Of a stretch of DNA of 64,000 nt, positions 46,501 to 56,420 are shown piece after piece. Position numbers and translations under genes: made by a program. The stretch lies in sequence record NC_055733.1, one strand, 5' to 3'. Numbering within the stretch: position 1 is the stretch's first letter; every line of letters begins with the position of its first letter. The notes beneath the pieces are model-generated. The model did no database searches. It had not been told where the DNA came from and saw only the letters and a program-made list of their open reading frames with translations.

Positions 46501-47250
46501 CCTGTCATGAAAACAAATACAAGACTACAATGGGTACCGCAGTTCAATGCGACGAACAAAGGGCTTCTGTTAGTAGAAAACGCATGGAAACCAGATCCAA
46601 AAGACTGGGCTATTAGGGTAAAATGTAAAGTCGGTGAATTGCGAGATTCTGTTAATCCTATTATCAGTGGCGATAAGTATGATACAAGTTCAATCAACAT
46701 TGATCAGTTTGGTAGCGTTGGCGATATACGTGTATTCTCTTATAACTCCAAAAAAGTATTGAATACCGGGGTAACGCTGAAAACCGGAGCTAAAGTGGGA
46801 GACGTTTTGGACATCTTTGTTAAAGTAACAGGGAATAACGTCACATTAAATGTGAACGGGAAATCTGTTAGTGGAGCGTGGAATCCGGACGGAACAGAAT
46901 ACGTCAAACTTATCGGAGCAAGAGAAACTGGATTAAGATATAACAACGACATTTATCTCGTTGAACTTATCGACAGTAGCACAAAACTCTGTAATAGCAG
47001 ACGTTACGATCTCTCTTATTATTCAACTGTGCAACCTACTTTCACCGTTATTGAAAACGAACTCGGTGCAATTAAATACGTGAGAATCGCAGAGATTGAC
47101 GCGAAAGAAGGAATATTTGGATGGGACGGAACCAAAGGAGAAGAATTCCAAATAGGAAGAATGAAAGACTCATGGTTTATTGACGGGCATCAAATGGATC
47201 TTTTCACTACTATAAATAAGAGTGGGTATACTGCTACTTGCGATTTGTAG
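43543..47250 (+). CDS. 35: Long tail fibre hinge/knee gp35, greatly extended (about 1235 aa)
   Basis: Position between 34 and 36; GGAGG SD; N-terminal gp35-like region (HRSSYVAI) followed by beta-rich domains. Confidence 0.75.
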   Translation: MAELVIARVTEQGIQARDLSETFSGDNELIIKGQQGNAGGTCVAALNGVSLSPSNLKGLNCIHLTEDFKSTAMTFDFSVSTDTDRFINWVNGISTGIILLMSHTENVTNDKLNTYFDQIGSVGWKYYWNPDKGTHRSSYVAIIDCPLKKIMTEQFMGHGKTTMQAQLCVVFDTFADIGVTGYGDMLAWEENEVFVETPGYGVVTYFDNKPQTLNIKPGEMIEINAEVWKSKEAHAAGTGSALIVQFWGDPIPPATGNPGSRYISSFSVNAKGVETWEKGTNSAIVPAACTRIEATLYRYPNKNSSAKIGIRDVMIKLKKPDVVKQRSNGTVGQWGFITANANAAESSANWVASSKGQDLITHSYEELDQEWLPQFNQDGHFDIPDWIPGSKFEISQTISYDYPVDGETWMRSGMGGVTDGKEDRSLRMGIRTINHPDGEAHSLFYAGARSDTKATIEYGRPYTYKIVVDGANVQFFIDGVEQPKIGTTTPFRQVTHFAVGAEKRGNTYIHRIRGSVHELNMIDKTRTDGTNDRYYNFVRPGQLDDKRTVPGKSRWSGIEYFADNVTPDDSANTLYCGAGSKLVPGGLSDDSTDVYVTILDAGGNTLAHGLELNKRYLCRPKWLDNPRLDWVQSQSQFALRNPLSPTSGAWIVEEAGKNAKTMKVRIECVTSPKINGTVTNVDWIDINKQIAGFNGVNQCADIPMWKGPGEFQVKFNYEKTGQAQYVLEGRTSTETDNKYGYIYINSADSIDVGGSIVVSTINGMPYTNGMKVVPNTDYLICGYIREGSQVNRIGARYNNIEYFKGYIWDLSFDGSSDDRYYKNYNVSRYDAYNNYIRDELGKSRTIYSNVNLNDFSFFTTAVKQNTKSYKFNTATTPSGSVLKIDAKKGMMLRIDFDISGETEYELRYSNTHDGNAPVIKRLPAGRNRGSLCYNVTTDNHGIYIRTISPKANETVFVSRLNVSEVYTHAIISNTEGKDYKLDERESPVMKTNTRLQWVPQFNATNKGLLLVENAWKPDPKDWAIRVKCKVGELRDSVNPIISGDKYDTSSINIDQFGSVGDIRVFSYNSKKVLNTGVTLKTGAKVGDVLDIFVKVTGNNVTLNVNGKSVSGAWNPDGTEYVKLIGARETGLRYNNDIYLVELIDSSTKLCNSRRYDLSYYSTVQPTFTVIENELGAIKYVRIAEIDAKEGIFGWDGTKGEEFQIGRMKDSWFIDGHQMDLFTTINKSGYTATCDL

Positions 47251-47498
47251 GAAATAAGAGACCATTTAATTCCGTTGATATTGAGTTGTATCAGATCGAC
47301 AACAATAATAACGAACAGTTAATCGGAACATTCAACGCAAATCAATCAGTTGATGCGTTTGGATATGGAATTCCGGAAAACGAAACTGTTAAAACTTGGT
47401 TTAGCGAGTTGAACTCCACCAAGAAAGTTGTCTTTAGACCAAAAGGATCCGGAGCAAGAGTTAGTATTCTGGATGCAAAACCTTGGGTCTCAATCTAA
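47238..47498 (+). CDS. Probable frameshifted C-terminus of gp35, or a small separate late gene
   Basis: One extra T at 47238 joins ...SGYTAT-LRFVGNKRPF; TATAAATA at 47211 is the alternative explanation. Confidence 0.5.
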   Translation: MRFVGNKRPFNSVDIELYQIDNNNNEQLIGTFNANQSVDAFGYGIPENETVKTWFSELNSTKKVVFRPKGSGARVSILDAKPWVSI

Positions 47499-47538
47499 TC
47501 GTACCCTACCCGGTACCCTTACCGTTACTTGCGGGTTT

Positions 47539-47564
47539 GCCCTGACTTCGGTCAGGGCTTTTTT
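47539..47564 (+). terminator. Intrinsic terminator
   Basis: GCCCTGAC-TTCG-GTCAGGGC-TTTTTT. Confidence 0.92.
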
Positions 47565-47576
47565 ATTTCAAAATCG

Positions 47577-47583
47577 CTAAATA
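47577..47583 (+). promoter_or_regulatory. Late promoter CTAAATA for distal fibre 1
   Basis: Between terminator and GAGG SD. Confidence 0.65.
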
Positions 47584-47608
47584 AATGAAAATAACATGAG
47601 GATTAGAA

Positions 47609-50600
47609 ATGGCAGATCTTAAATTAGGGTCTCAGATTGGTGGAAATCTAATCTGGCACCAAGGAATCCTGGAATTAAATCCCGTTGACGATAAACTATT
47701 TTATCGTGATCAGGAAATAATGACTACAAAAGGGTACCAAACAATGCTTGGCTCAATCAAGTTTGGTACACCGAATAACGCTTATGATATCGAGAGTCTT
47801 GGCACAGAAGCAGGTGCGGGAACAAAGCGTTATTTGCGTAAAATGAAATCGGGCGCAAGTGCTACTATTTGGCATGAAACTATTCTGGATAACGTATACA
47901 CGATTTCGACTGGTATAACTGATGCGGCTCCGCAGTTTACGATCACTAATGGAAATAGCGCGACATTTCAGTTCCCTGTATTAACTAACAGTCCACAATC
48001 TGGCGCAGCAAATAGTTTCGCTAGAAAAGACTACGTGGACGCTGTTGATGCTAGAAACGTTGCTAAAGCGGGCGATACAATGACCGGTACTCTTACTGTG
48101 CCAAAAATTGTTGATAACAACACAAATATTGGTAAGGATATTCTTACTTATATTAAACTGAGTAATGTAAATCAGTGGGCTGGTCCCGTTGGACAATCTC
48201 GATTTGTTACGCCAGATTCTGTTGGTAGTCCAGCTGGTAATAAGGGCGGATATTGGAACGTATTATCTCGCCGCGATTCTGCTGGAGGGTATGCCGGTAT
48301 CTTTATTCCGTATGGCAACAGTGAAAACAAAAACTATATCGGCACACAAGAACTTGGAACTAATGCTCCAATTTGGGCAGAGATCTATACCAATCTGAAT
48401 AAACCAACACCGGGCGATCTGAATGCTTACACCAAATCGGAAGTTGATGAAAAGAGTTGGATCAGAGTTAGAGATGAAAGAGAGGCAATGATTCAGCCAA
48501 GTGCGCTGGATGCTCGCACAATTTCGGCTTATTTCACAAACAAGAGCGACGTTTCAACAAACTGGGTTTCTGGTTTCACTGTTAAAGGCTGGGATACAAC
48601 TTACGCATCTTGGTCTATTTTTTCTAGTTCAAGATCTGACACCGATGATAAACGTCTTTGGTTTAAGCATGGTAGAACCGATTGGGCTCCTAGTTCAAGA
48701 ATTTATCATGAGAATGATAAGCCAACAAACGTTGAGTTGAATCTGGTATCACGCGACGGCGATGAAATGACCGGTCTATTGAATATGAAAGTTCCGGATT
48801 CAATGGGTTACGGAAAATACAGCATTCAATTGAATAACGGGTCTATCGGCGGAATCAATCAGTTAGTATTCAACGATCCGTCTGATGCAACTAGCGAAGG
48901 TATTGCTTGGCCAAAAACCGGTAAGAATTCATCATCCGAAACACAAGCAGATTATGATATGTTATGGGCTTTTGACGGTAAGCTTCTATTCAATAACAAA
49001 GAAACTTACGGAGAATGGAATAAGCCAACAAATAACGATTTAAATCTGGTATCTCGTGCTGGTGATATTATCAAAGGCGAACTTGAGATTCAGAATGCAC
49101 CGCTTACATTGACTAACGGTATGATGTACGTTAATAACGGCAACACAAAAAGAGTTATTAAACGTCTAGGTGTGCAAAATGACGCAAAAGCAATGCTGAT
49201 TCTAATTGCACCAAAATACGTTGGCAAAGCATTACCAAAACGCGGATTTGTTGGTCGAGTTACATTTGAGCGTGGTTCAACAGGTTCAACCCTACAAGCT
49301 AACTACGTTGATATTTCTGCCGTAACTGCATACACAGAAACAGATGCTCAGATTCATTATGAGTCAGGTGGAACTCCTGTAAAACTCGTTTATCATACGC
49401 ATACCGATGGCATAGAATATCTTGCACTGTATCGCGGAGTAGTTAGTGCGGCTACAATTTACATCGATGGATATGTTTATGGAGAAGAGCCAGTTGTTAT
49501 TTCTGACGCTACTGGATTGACATTCACCGATCTGAAAACAAGAGCTAGAATTTACAGCTCAGATAATAAGCCAACTAATGTTGATTTAAATCTGGTATCA
49601 CGCGCTGGTGATACAATTACCGGTGATTTGATTGCAACTAACATTTATTCGTCTGTTACTCAAAGCACACGTGGCGATTCTTTTGCTCGTAAAGACTACG
49701 TTGATACCAAGGTAGGCACAGCGGTACAGAGCGTTACCGCTACTGGAGCAGTTAAGAGCACAGGTGGTATTAACCCAGTTATCAGTTTGATTAACGCAAC
49801 AAACTCTGCCGACGGTGCAATGTCTGCTGCCGATAAAGCCAAACTAGACGGTTTGCCTTCCGCCGCGGTTAATAAGACTGGCGACACTATGACTGGCAAC
49901 TTGACATTCACTAATAATAGTGAATTGGTGTGGAGTCGAAATACAGACTGGGCAAAGATTGGATTCAAGAACGACTCGGACGCAGATACCGATAGCTATA
50001 TGTGGTTTGAGACTGGTGATAATAAGAACGAGTATTTTAAGTTTAGGATGCACAACACAACTGGACCAAAACACGAAGTTCTGGATATCAAACTGGAAGG
50101 ATCAACATTCGCACACGATGTTATTCTAAAGGCGAGAGAATCTAACGCTGTCAAGTTGACTAACGCGCAAACAGAATATACAGGCAATACCGGCGTTGAG
50201 CGTATTATTGGTGGAATCACTTCGCAGTGGTACGAAGACAATCTAGTATTTGGACACGTTCGTTCTCCAGGTCAGCCGTCTGCTGGGTTTGGTGTTAGAT
50301 TGAATGACGCTTATTTGATGCGAGTCACACCGGACAGAAGACTTGCAACTGGTGCTCTTGTTGGTGATAGTTATGTCGCAGTTGCTAAAAATGATCGCAT
50401 TTTGGCAATGGAAGTTGATACAACAACTAAAGTTCCTTACATTTCAGTAGATGTGAAATATCAAGCAATTAGATTTGAAAACGATAGAGCAATCACTATG
50501 CCAGCCGGCGCTCTTAACGTGGCGAGTAATGTTTCTTCTGGCGGAGATGTATTTGCAAAATCAAACGTGAATGTAACTGGACAATATATTCAGTTCAACG

Positions 50601-51766
50601 ACAAAGCGGCGGGTAAGACCGCTGGTGAAACTGGCATTACAACAGCAAGATTTGTTGAAATGTTAACAGCACTCGGTGCATTCAAGACTGTTTATTGGTG
50701 TGGTAAAGTTTCGTGGGATTATGCTGGTAATAACGTATTGACCGATACGGGATATGGTAATATTCATTTGGCTGGATGCGTTGTTGAAGTTATTGGTACG
50801 GCTCAATATATGATCCGTATTACTACTCCGACAATAACAGGAACTTCTCTGACAGGAGCACAGAATAACGCTAGTAAAGAGTTCATCTATGTTAATCACG
50901 GTTCTACATATGCGCCTGGTTGGAGACGCGGTATTAATAGCCTAGACGTTAGAGATTTGAATTCAGCTACGTCTGTTGGAGATCCACGCAATACTATTCC
51001 TTATATCAAGGGTGATGGTGTTATGGAAATCTCTACCTTCATTGATATGCATCGTAAAGATTCAACTGCTGATTTTGATACTAGATTAGAATGTGGTAGC
51101 GCAAAACAACTATTGGTGACGAACTCAAATGGAACACTAGAGTTGGGAGCACAGAATGCTAGTTATGCTCACATTTATACAGATCGTCCTGTATTCTACA
51201 TGAACAAAGAATTGCAGATTAATGGCGCTCGCGTAATGTATGAGGGTTCCACTCACGGAACATTAACTCTAAGTAACTGGATTAGAACAACAGGTAATAC
51301 CGGCTGGTTTAACGCAACGTACGGTGGTGGAATCCACATGGAAGACGCAACTTGGTTACGCGCATATAACGGTAAAAAGTTTTATGTTGCGAATACAGAT
51401 GGCGACGCATTGAATACATCCGGTGGTGTTTATGCTGCTGGTAATGGTAATTTCAACGACGTTCAAGTTCGTTCGGATGAAAGATTGAAATCTAATTTCG
51501 AGCCAATTTTGAATGCTTTGGACAAAGTTGATTCTCTTTCTGGTTGGATATATGACAAAGTTGGCAAAACAACTCGCGAAGCGGGTATTATCGCACAACG
51601 TTTGAAAGCAGTATTGCCAGAAGCTACTGGAATAGCGAAAGATTCTATGAATCCAAATGCAATCGAGTATCTGACTGTTTCTAACTCTGGCGTTAACGCG
51701 CTGTTGGTAGAAGCAATCAAAGAACTTAGAGCCGAGTTGAACGAACTTAAATCAAAACTTAACTAA
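47609..51766 (+). CDS. 37: Distal long tail fibre 1: gp36-like N-terminus fused to gp37-like shaft, with C-terminal S74-type intramolecular chaperone
   Basis: MADLK.GS..GG..IWHQG (gp36), RKDYVD and GDTMTG repeats, SDERLK...GIIAQ...LPEA...LLVEAIKEL. Confidence 0.88.
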   Translation: MADLKLGSQIGGNLIWHQGILELNPVDDKLFYRDQEIMTTKGYQTMLGSIKFGTPNNAYDIESLGTEAGAGTKRYLRKMKSGASATIWHETILDNVYTISTGITDAAPQFTITNGNSATFQFPVLTNSPQSGAANSFARKDYVDAVDARNVAKAGDTMTGTLTVPKIVDNNTNIGKDILTYIKLSNVNQWAGPVGQSRFVTPDSVGSPAGNKGGYWNVLSRRDSAGGYAGIFIPYGNSENKNYIGTQELGTNAPIWAEIYTNLNKPTPGDLNAYTKSEVDEKSWIRVRDEREAMIQPSALDARTISAYFTNKSDVSTNWVSGFTVKGWDTTYASWSIFSSSRSDTDDKRLWFKHGRTDWAPSSRIYHENDKPTNVELNLVSRDGDEMTGLLNMKVPDSMGYGKYSIQLNNGSIGGINQLVFNDPSDATSEGIAWPKTGKNSSSETQADYDMLWAFDGKLLFNNKETYGEWNKPTNNDLNLVSRAGDIIKGELEIQNAPLTLTNGMMYVNNGNTKRVIKRLGVQNDAKAMLILIAPKYVGKALPKRGFVGRVTFERGSTGSTLQANYVDISAVTAYTETDAQIHYESGGTPVKLVYHTHTDGIEYLALYRGVVSAATIYIDGYVYGEEPVVISDATGLTFTDLKTRARIYSSDNKPTNVDLNLVSRAGDTITGDLIATNIYSSVTQSTRGDSFARKDYVDTKVGTAVQSVTATGAVKSTGGINPVISLINATNSADGAMSAADKAKLDGLPSAAVNKTGDTMTGNLTFTNNSELVWSRNTDWAKIGFKNDSDADTDSYMWFETGDNKNEYFKFRMHNTTGPKHEVLDIKLEGSTFAHDVILKARESNAVKLTNAQTEYTGNTGVERIIGGITSQWYEDNLVFGHVRSPGQPSAGFGVRLNDAYLMRVTPDRRLATGALVGDSYVAVAKNDRILAMEVDTTTKVPYISVDVKYQAIRFENDRAITMPAGALNVASNVSSGGDVFAKSNVNVTGQYIQFNDKAAGKTAGETGITTARFVEMLTALGAFKTVYWCGKVSWDYAGNNVLTDTGYGNIHLAGCVVEVIGTAQYMIRITTPTITGTSLTGAQNNASKEFIYVNHGSTYAPGWRRGINSLDVRDLNSATSVGDPRNTIPYIKGDGVMEISTFIDMHRKDSTADFDTRLECGSAKQLLVTNSNGTLELGAQNASYAHIYTDRPVFYMNKELQINGARVMYEGSTHGTLTLSNWIRTTGNTGWFNATYGGGIHMEDATWLRAYNGKKFYVANTDGDALNTSGGVYAAGNGNFNDVQVRSDERLKSNFEPILNALDKVDSLSGWIYDKVGKTTREAGIIAQRLKAVLPEATGIAKDSMNPNAIEYLTVSNSGVNALLVEAIKELRAELNELKSKLN

Positions 51767-51799
51767 GGAGGACGGGGAGAAATCCCCGTTATTATTATG
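51765..51799 (+). promoter_or_regulatory. Split translation start: SD, GAAA hairpin, ATG
   Basis: AAGGAGG + ACGGGGA-GAAA-TCCCCGT + 7 nt + ATG. Confidence 0.8.
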
Positions 51800-52249
51800 G
51801 TAGCATTACCGTTTTTTATGAGCACAGCTAACTCGGAATTTCGAGCAAACGGCTGGGGATCTAATATGAGAACACAAGCTGGATTACCAGCCGCTGGTAT
51901 GATAAGTGAACTCGTTGAAAAAGCATTCTTGAACTTAATTGAGGCGCCGAGATACACTCACTTTGTTCCGGTTGATTTCTGGTTTGATGGCACCAACACT
52001 ATAATCAAACATGGTGGACCATATGGCTCTACAGCTCAATATGCTGTTATTGCTGGCAACCCATGGATCTATATTAGATTTGAAGGTGCGATGATAGCTG
52101 ATGGCATTGCCGCTAATACGTGGCAAAGAATGAGCACGGCCGCAGTTAAGATTAGAAGAGTGTGGAGCACTGGCGGAAAAGCGTTTGTTACTTTTGGCAA
52201 CGCGCCATTTTCACCACAGAAACGATATGATTGGACTTTCACTGGATAA
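51797..52249 (+). CDS. 38: gp38-like fibre-tip adhesin
   Basis: Follows a fibre with cleavable chaperone; N-terminus loosely like T2-type gp38 attachment helices; gene-38-type hairpin start site. Confidence 0.6.
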   Translation: MVALPFFMSTANSEFRANGWGSNMRTQAGLPAAGMISELVEKAFLNLIEAPRYTHFVPVDFWFDGTNTIIKHGGPYGSTAQYAVIAGNPWIYIRFEGAMIADGIAANTWQRMSTAAVKIRRVWSTGGKAFVTFGNAPFSPQKRYDWTFTG

Positions 52250-52250
52250 T

Positions 52251-52275
52251 AAGGAGCTTCGGCTCCTTTTATTTT
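52251..52275 (+). terminator. Intrinsic terminator
   Basis: GGAGC-TTCG-GCTCC-TTTTATTTT. Confidence 0.9.
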
Positions 52276-52277
52276 AT

Positions 52278-52284
52278 CTAAATA
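52278..52284 (+). promoter_or_regulatory. Late promoter CTAAATA for distal fibre 2
   Basis: Same layout as fibre 1. Confidence 0.65.
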
Positions 52285-52308
52285 TGACTATAAACGAGAG
52301 GAGTCACA

Positions 52309-55300
52309 ATGGCAGATCTTAAATTAGGGTCGCAGATTGGCGGAAATCTAATCTGGCACCAAGGCATTCTAGAATTAAATCCTCTGGACGATAGCCTATT
52401 TTACAAAGAATTCGACATGATCACTTCTAAGGGTGGTCAGACAATTAATGGTACACTGTCACTAGCTGGTGATGTTGATACAAAAGGAAGATTTACCGCA
52501 GTTGGTAATGATACTTCTTGGGGTTCGGTCGCTCAACCAGCATTTGGAATGGACAAAGATAATACCGCTGGTGCTCATTGGCTGCTTGCCAGTCGCAAAC
52601 GTGACGGAAGTCAACGTGCTGGTATTCAAGTTCTTACAAATGATTCTGGTGAAATGCGTATCTACACAAACAAACATGCTAATTACACTTCATTTAAAGA
52701 CGGCCAAATCTATATTCAAGCTACCACTCCGTCTGCTGATGCAAATGCAACTAGAAAAGATTATGTGGATCGAGAAGTTGATAAAGCGATGCAATTTGCG
52801 GAAACAACAACTGATAAACTTACTGCCGATTTAGCTACTGCTAATACCAGAATTAATACTCTTGACGCGCAAAACGTGAAGATTACTGGCAATCAGAATA
52901 TCGCTGGCACTAAGACTTTCACCGACTTGCCTGTTATTCAAGATCAGCCAACTGCTGATACACACGCGACAAACAAGAAATATGTTGATACCAAAGTTGG
53001 TACCGCTGTCCAAAGCATTGTTACAACTGCCCCACTGACTACTACTGGTGGTGTTAACCCAACGCTGGCCATCAATCCTGCGACTCGTACCGCTGCTGGG
53101 TCTATGAGCGCACAAGACAAAGTTAAACTTGATGATTTGCCTGCCGATGCATTGAGTCGTTCTGGTGGTAACATGAAGAATGGTGGATATATCAAGCTTG
53201 AAGGACTTGGTGGATTGCAATCACTGTATAACGGTAAAAATTATTCTATTCTGAGAGATCATAATAACGGTAACGTTACTCTTGGTGCAGCCGCTGGTGA
53301 TTTGTATGTTGGTTATAACACAACATCAGAAGAGTTTACGACTAAAAACGTATTGCTTTATGCGCCTATGAAATGGACTAATACAAACCGTGTTCTAGTT
53401 GATACTGACGGCTTTATTCCGTGGGCTAGTATTAAAGATCGCATTGGTCTTGAAGGCAAGTCTAAAATGTTGAGAGGACCAATCAACTTTGACGAACTGG
53501 AAAGCACAGGCGATTATAACTTGTATCTTGCTAAAGCAACTGGATCTAAAAACCCGCCGCCATTTGATTATGGTACTATGAGTGTTATTGGTGCTGATAA
53601 AGATGGAAATACTTTTGTTACTCAATTAGCAACAGATCAAAGAACTGGGATTAGTTATACCAGAACACGTAATGATGGTGCTATGGCATGGACTGGCTGG
53701 ATTGAGAATGCCAACGAGTTTACTGATTTTGGATATCAATATAAAACCCGAATCGAAGTTGGTGGTGACGCAGACAAGTTTTATCCAGTGGCAATAGAAA
53801 ATGATAGATTTCGCACATACAACACAAAACGATATTGTATATCCCGCGCATACAACGCAAAGGCACCTGATACTTGGAACAACACAACACACAAAGGTGG
53901 TTTAACTCTTTCTTTTGAATGGAGTGGTGATGGTGATTGGGGTGGAAACTCTAAAAACATTGTTGTGACTGATTTTAGTTCGTCTTATACAACTGTTTGT
54001 GGTGGTATGCAATTATCAGCGGGTGATATGGTTGTTTGGTTAAGAGGCGGTGGTGCGGAATACTGGTTCTATAGTGACAATGGTATTAAATCAAGAATAT
54101 CCGTTAACTTAAAAAAGTTTATTGCACCAGATAAGAAAGAGTATTTGCCCAGAACTAAAGCGGAAGCAGATCAAGCAGTTATTGATGAAATCATGCCTAA
54201 ATTCGCAATTCGCAATGGCGGCGAACTATATGATCGCAATCGTAGAGTTCTAGTTGCCGATGGTTCTACCTCAATGATTGGCGATCTCAAAATTGAGAAA
54301 GAACAAGCCGCATTGATTCTGAAAAACGCTGCTGGTAACGTGGCGGATAAACCAGAAAACTATGGTCGTATTAGATTCGAACATGCAACTGGGGATCAAC
54401 ACGTTGAGTTGTGGCATTCAGTACATGACGATTACAGACCCGGATATGGATTAAGAGTTCTTAAACCGGCTGATAATAAAGGTACAAGTAATGCTTGGCT
54501 TGATGTTCAAGGTGATGTATTTGGACAAAACTTTATTCAAACTACAGCACAATCCACAAATGCGGCATCTAGCACACGGAAAGATTATGTTGACGCATTA
54601 ATTGCAACTAAAGTGAATAAATCTGATGTTGCTGCTAGTTCTGATTACGCTGGACTATTGGGTAAGATTCCAAGATGGTGTATTTGAAATTGCTCGTTAT
54701 ATCGATTTTCATACAGTTGGAAGCACAAGAGATTTCGATGTTAGACTGGATTGCTATGAAACTGGAAAGCTTAATGTTGTTGGTGGGGTTTTGCAAGTTG
54801 GCGGTGGCGATGTGTATCACAGCAAAAACAAACCAACTAATACGGATTTGAACCTAGTTAGTCGTGCTGGCGATACAATGACTGGCGCGTTGACACTGCC
54901 GAAGATCAAGGGTGCTATTAACTTGATGGACAAAGCAAGTGTTAAATTTGTTGATGGTGCGAATACTTGGTTCCATTTGTTTTCCGAAGGTAATCTATTC
55001 AAGATAAGTCAAGGAACAACTGGTCAGAATAATGTTCTGAGTATCGGAAGTGATGGTGCCGTTAATATGATTGGTAACTTGACTAACACCAAAATGATAA
55101 CATCAAACACCGCTATCGGAGTTGACGCTAATACTAGAAAGATTGCGTTTGAAGTTGGTGATGATAAAACTCCTTATATCAGTGTTGATTATGCATATAG
55201 AGCATTACAGTTTAACGAAAATAAAACTGTTACCGCGACTCATGGATTTGAGATTAATGGCAAAAACGGAAACGGTGATTACTTCGTTAATCACACTGGA

Positions 55301-56374
55301 TTTGTTGGAGGATGGGCTCGTGGTTTACGTGCTGTAAACTCTGCTGGTGCTATTAGTGCTGGTATTGGGTTTAATGGCGAAGGCGATAAAGTTGACAACA
55401 TTTATCTTGGAGTTGGTGCAACACCGTGGGGTGATGGAACATTAAGTGCAATGAAGATTTCTGCCGATAGAGTTAACATCAGTAAACCAACATGGGTAAA
55501 TAGCGGTAGATTCCAGATTAACTCGGCCAGTCATAACATTCTTGAATTCCATACACCAGGTAAACACGCTCGATTGATTTGGATGGACGGAACTACAGGA
55601 CAGATGAATATAGGTATATCAAATGGTTCATTTACAGAGGCAACTCGTATCGCATCCATTGGCAGTTCAACAATTGAACTTAATGGTGCTACTTGGTCTG
55701 TAAATTATCGACATGATTATGCCGGTCAGTTTTCTACCACTGCTCCATTTCACGTCAGTTACGGTGCCATTCCAGGCACAAGTGATTATTACCCACTTGT
55801 TCGGGGTCGGGGATATGCAACTGGATCCGGATATACAACTGACGTTGATTTTGGTGTATTGCGTTCCGGTGGAACTTGGGGCCAAGGCGTTATTCGCGTT
55901 GGTTCGGCAGAAAGTAACTCTGCCGGGGTACAAGCGGCGTTTTACTTTGATATCAATGGGAACTTTAGAGCGCCTGCTGGTGTTTATGATAGTGGAAACA
56001 GATGTTATTCAGCGAGTAACCCAGTTCCAGCTGGTCATCACAATCACGCGAATTTGAGAGCAAGAGACGCTGTTATTATTTGGGATGGTGATATTGGCAA
56101 CGGAAACTTCACACTAACAAGACCTTGGTCAGACTTTGACTTTGTTTGCTTCTGTGTATTGTGGGATGATGGCGGCGGACTATCAACCAAGACATTCTCA
56201 AGATACGATTTGGAGATAAACCAAGCAATTGGCGTCAACTATGATATCTCTGGCGGTGCTGGCGGTATTCAGTGGATGGGTAGATTTGCCGCTGATAATA
56301 GATCGTTCGCAACTAGCTATGAAAACGGTCGTATGCGTAGAGTGTTTGGATATAACATGGGAACAGTGAACTAA
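52309..56374 (+). pseudogene. Distal long tail fibre 2 (gp36/37-like), split by a +1 frameshift at about 54673; either a pseudogene or an assembly error
   Basis: First 25 aa identical to fibre 1; ...GKIP (frame 1) continues as DGVFEIARYIDFH (frame 2); joined length about 1354 aa. Confidence 0.75.
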
Positions 56375-56407
56375 ATAACTCAAAGGGGCTTCGGCCCCTT
56401 TTCTTTT
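56371..56407 (+). terminator. CTAAATA late-promoter motif followed by UUCG terminator
   Basis: CTAAATA...GGGGC-TTCG-GCCCC-TTTTCTTTT. Confidence 0.8.
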
Positions 56408-56420
56408 AAAAGGAGAAAAT

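Noticed and set aside
54626-54673. Independent start for the 582-aa fibre ORF
   Set aside because: No SD; residues before DGVF are not fibre-like; continuity with the upstream ORF is clear.
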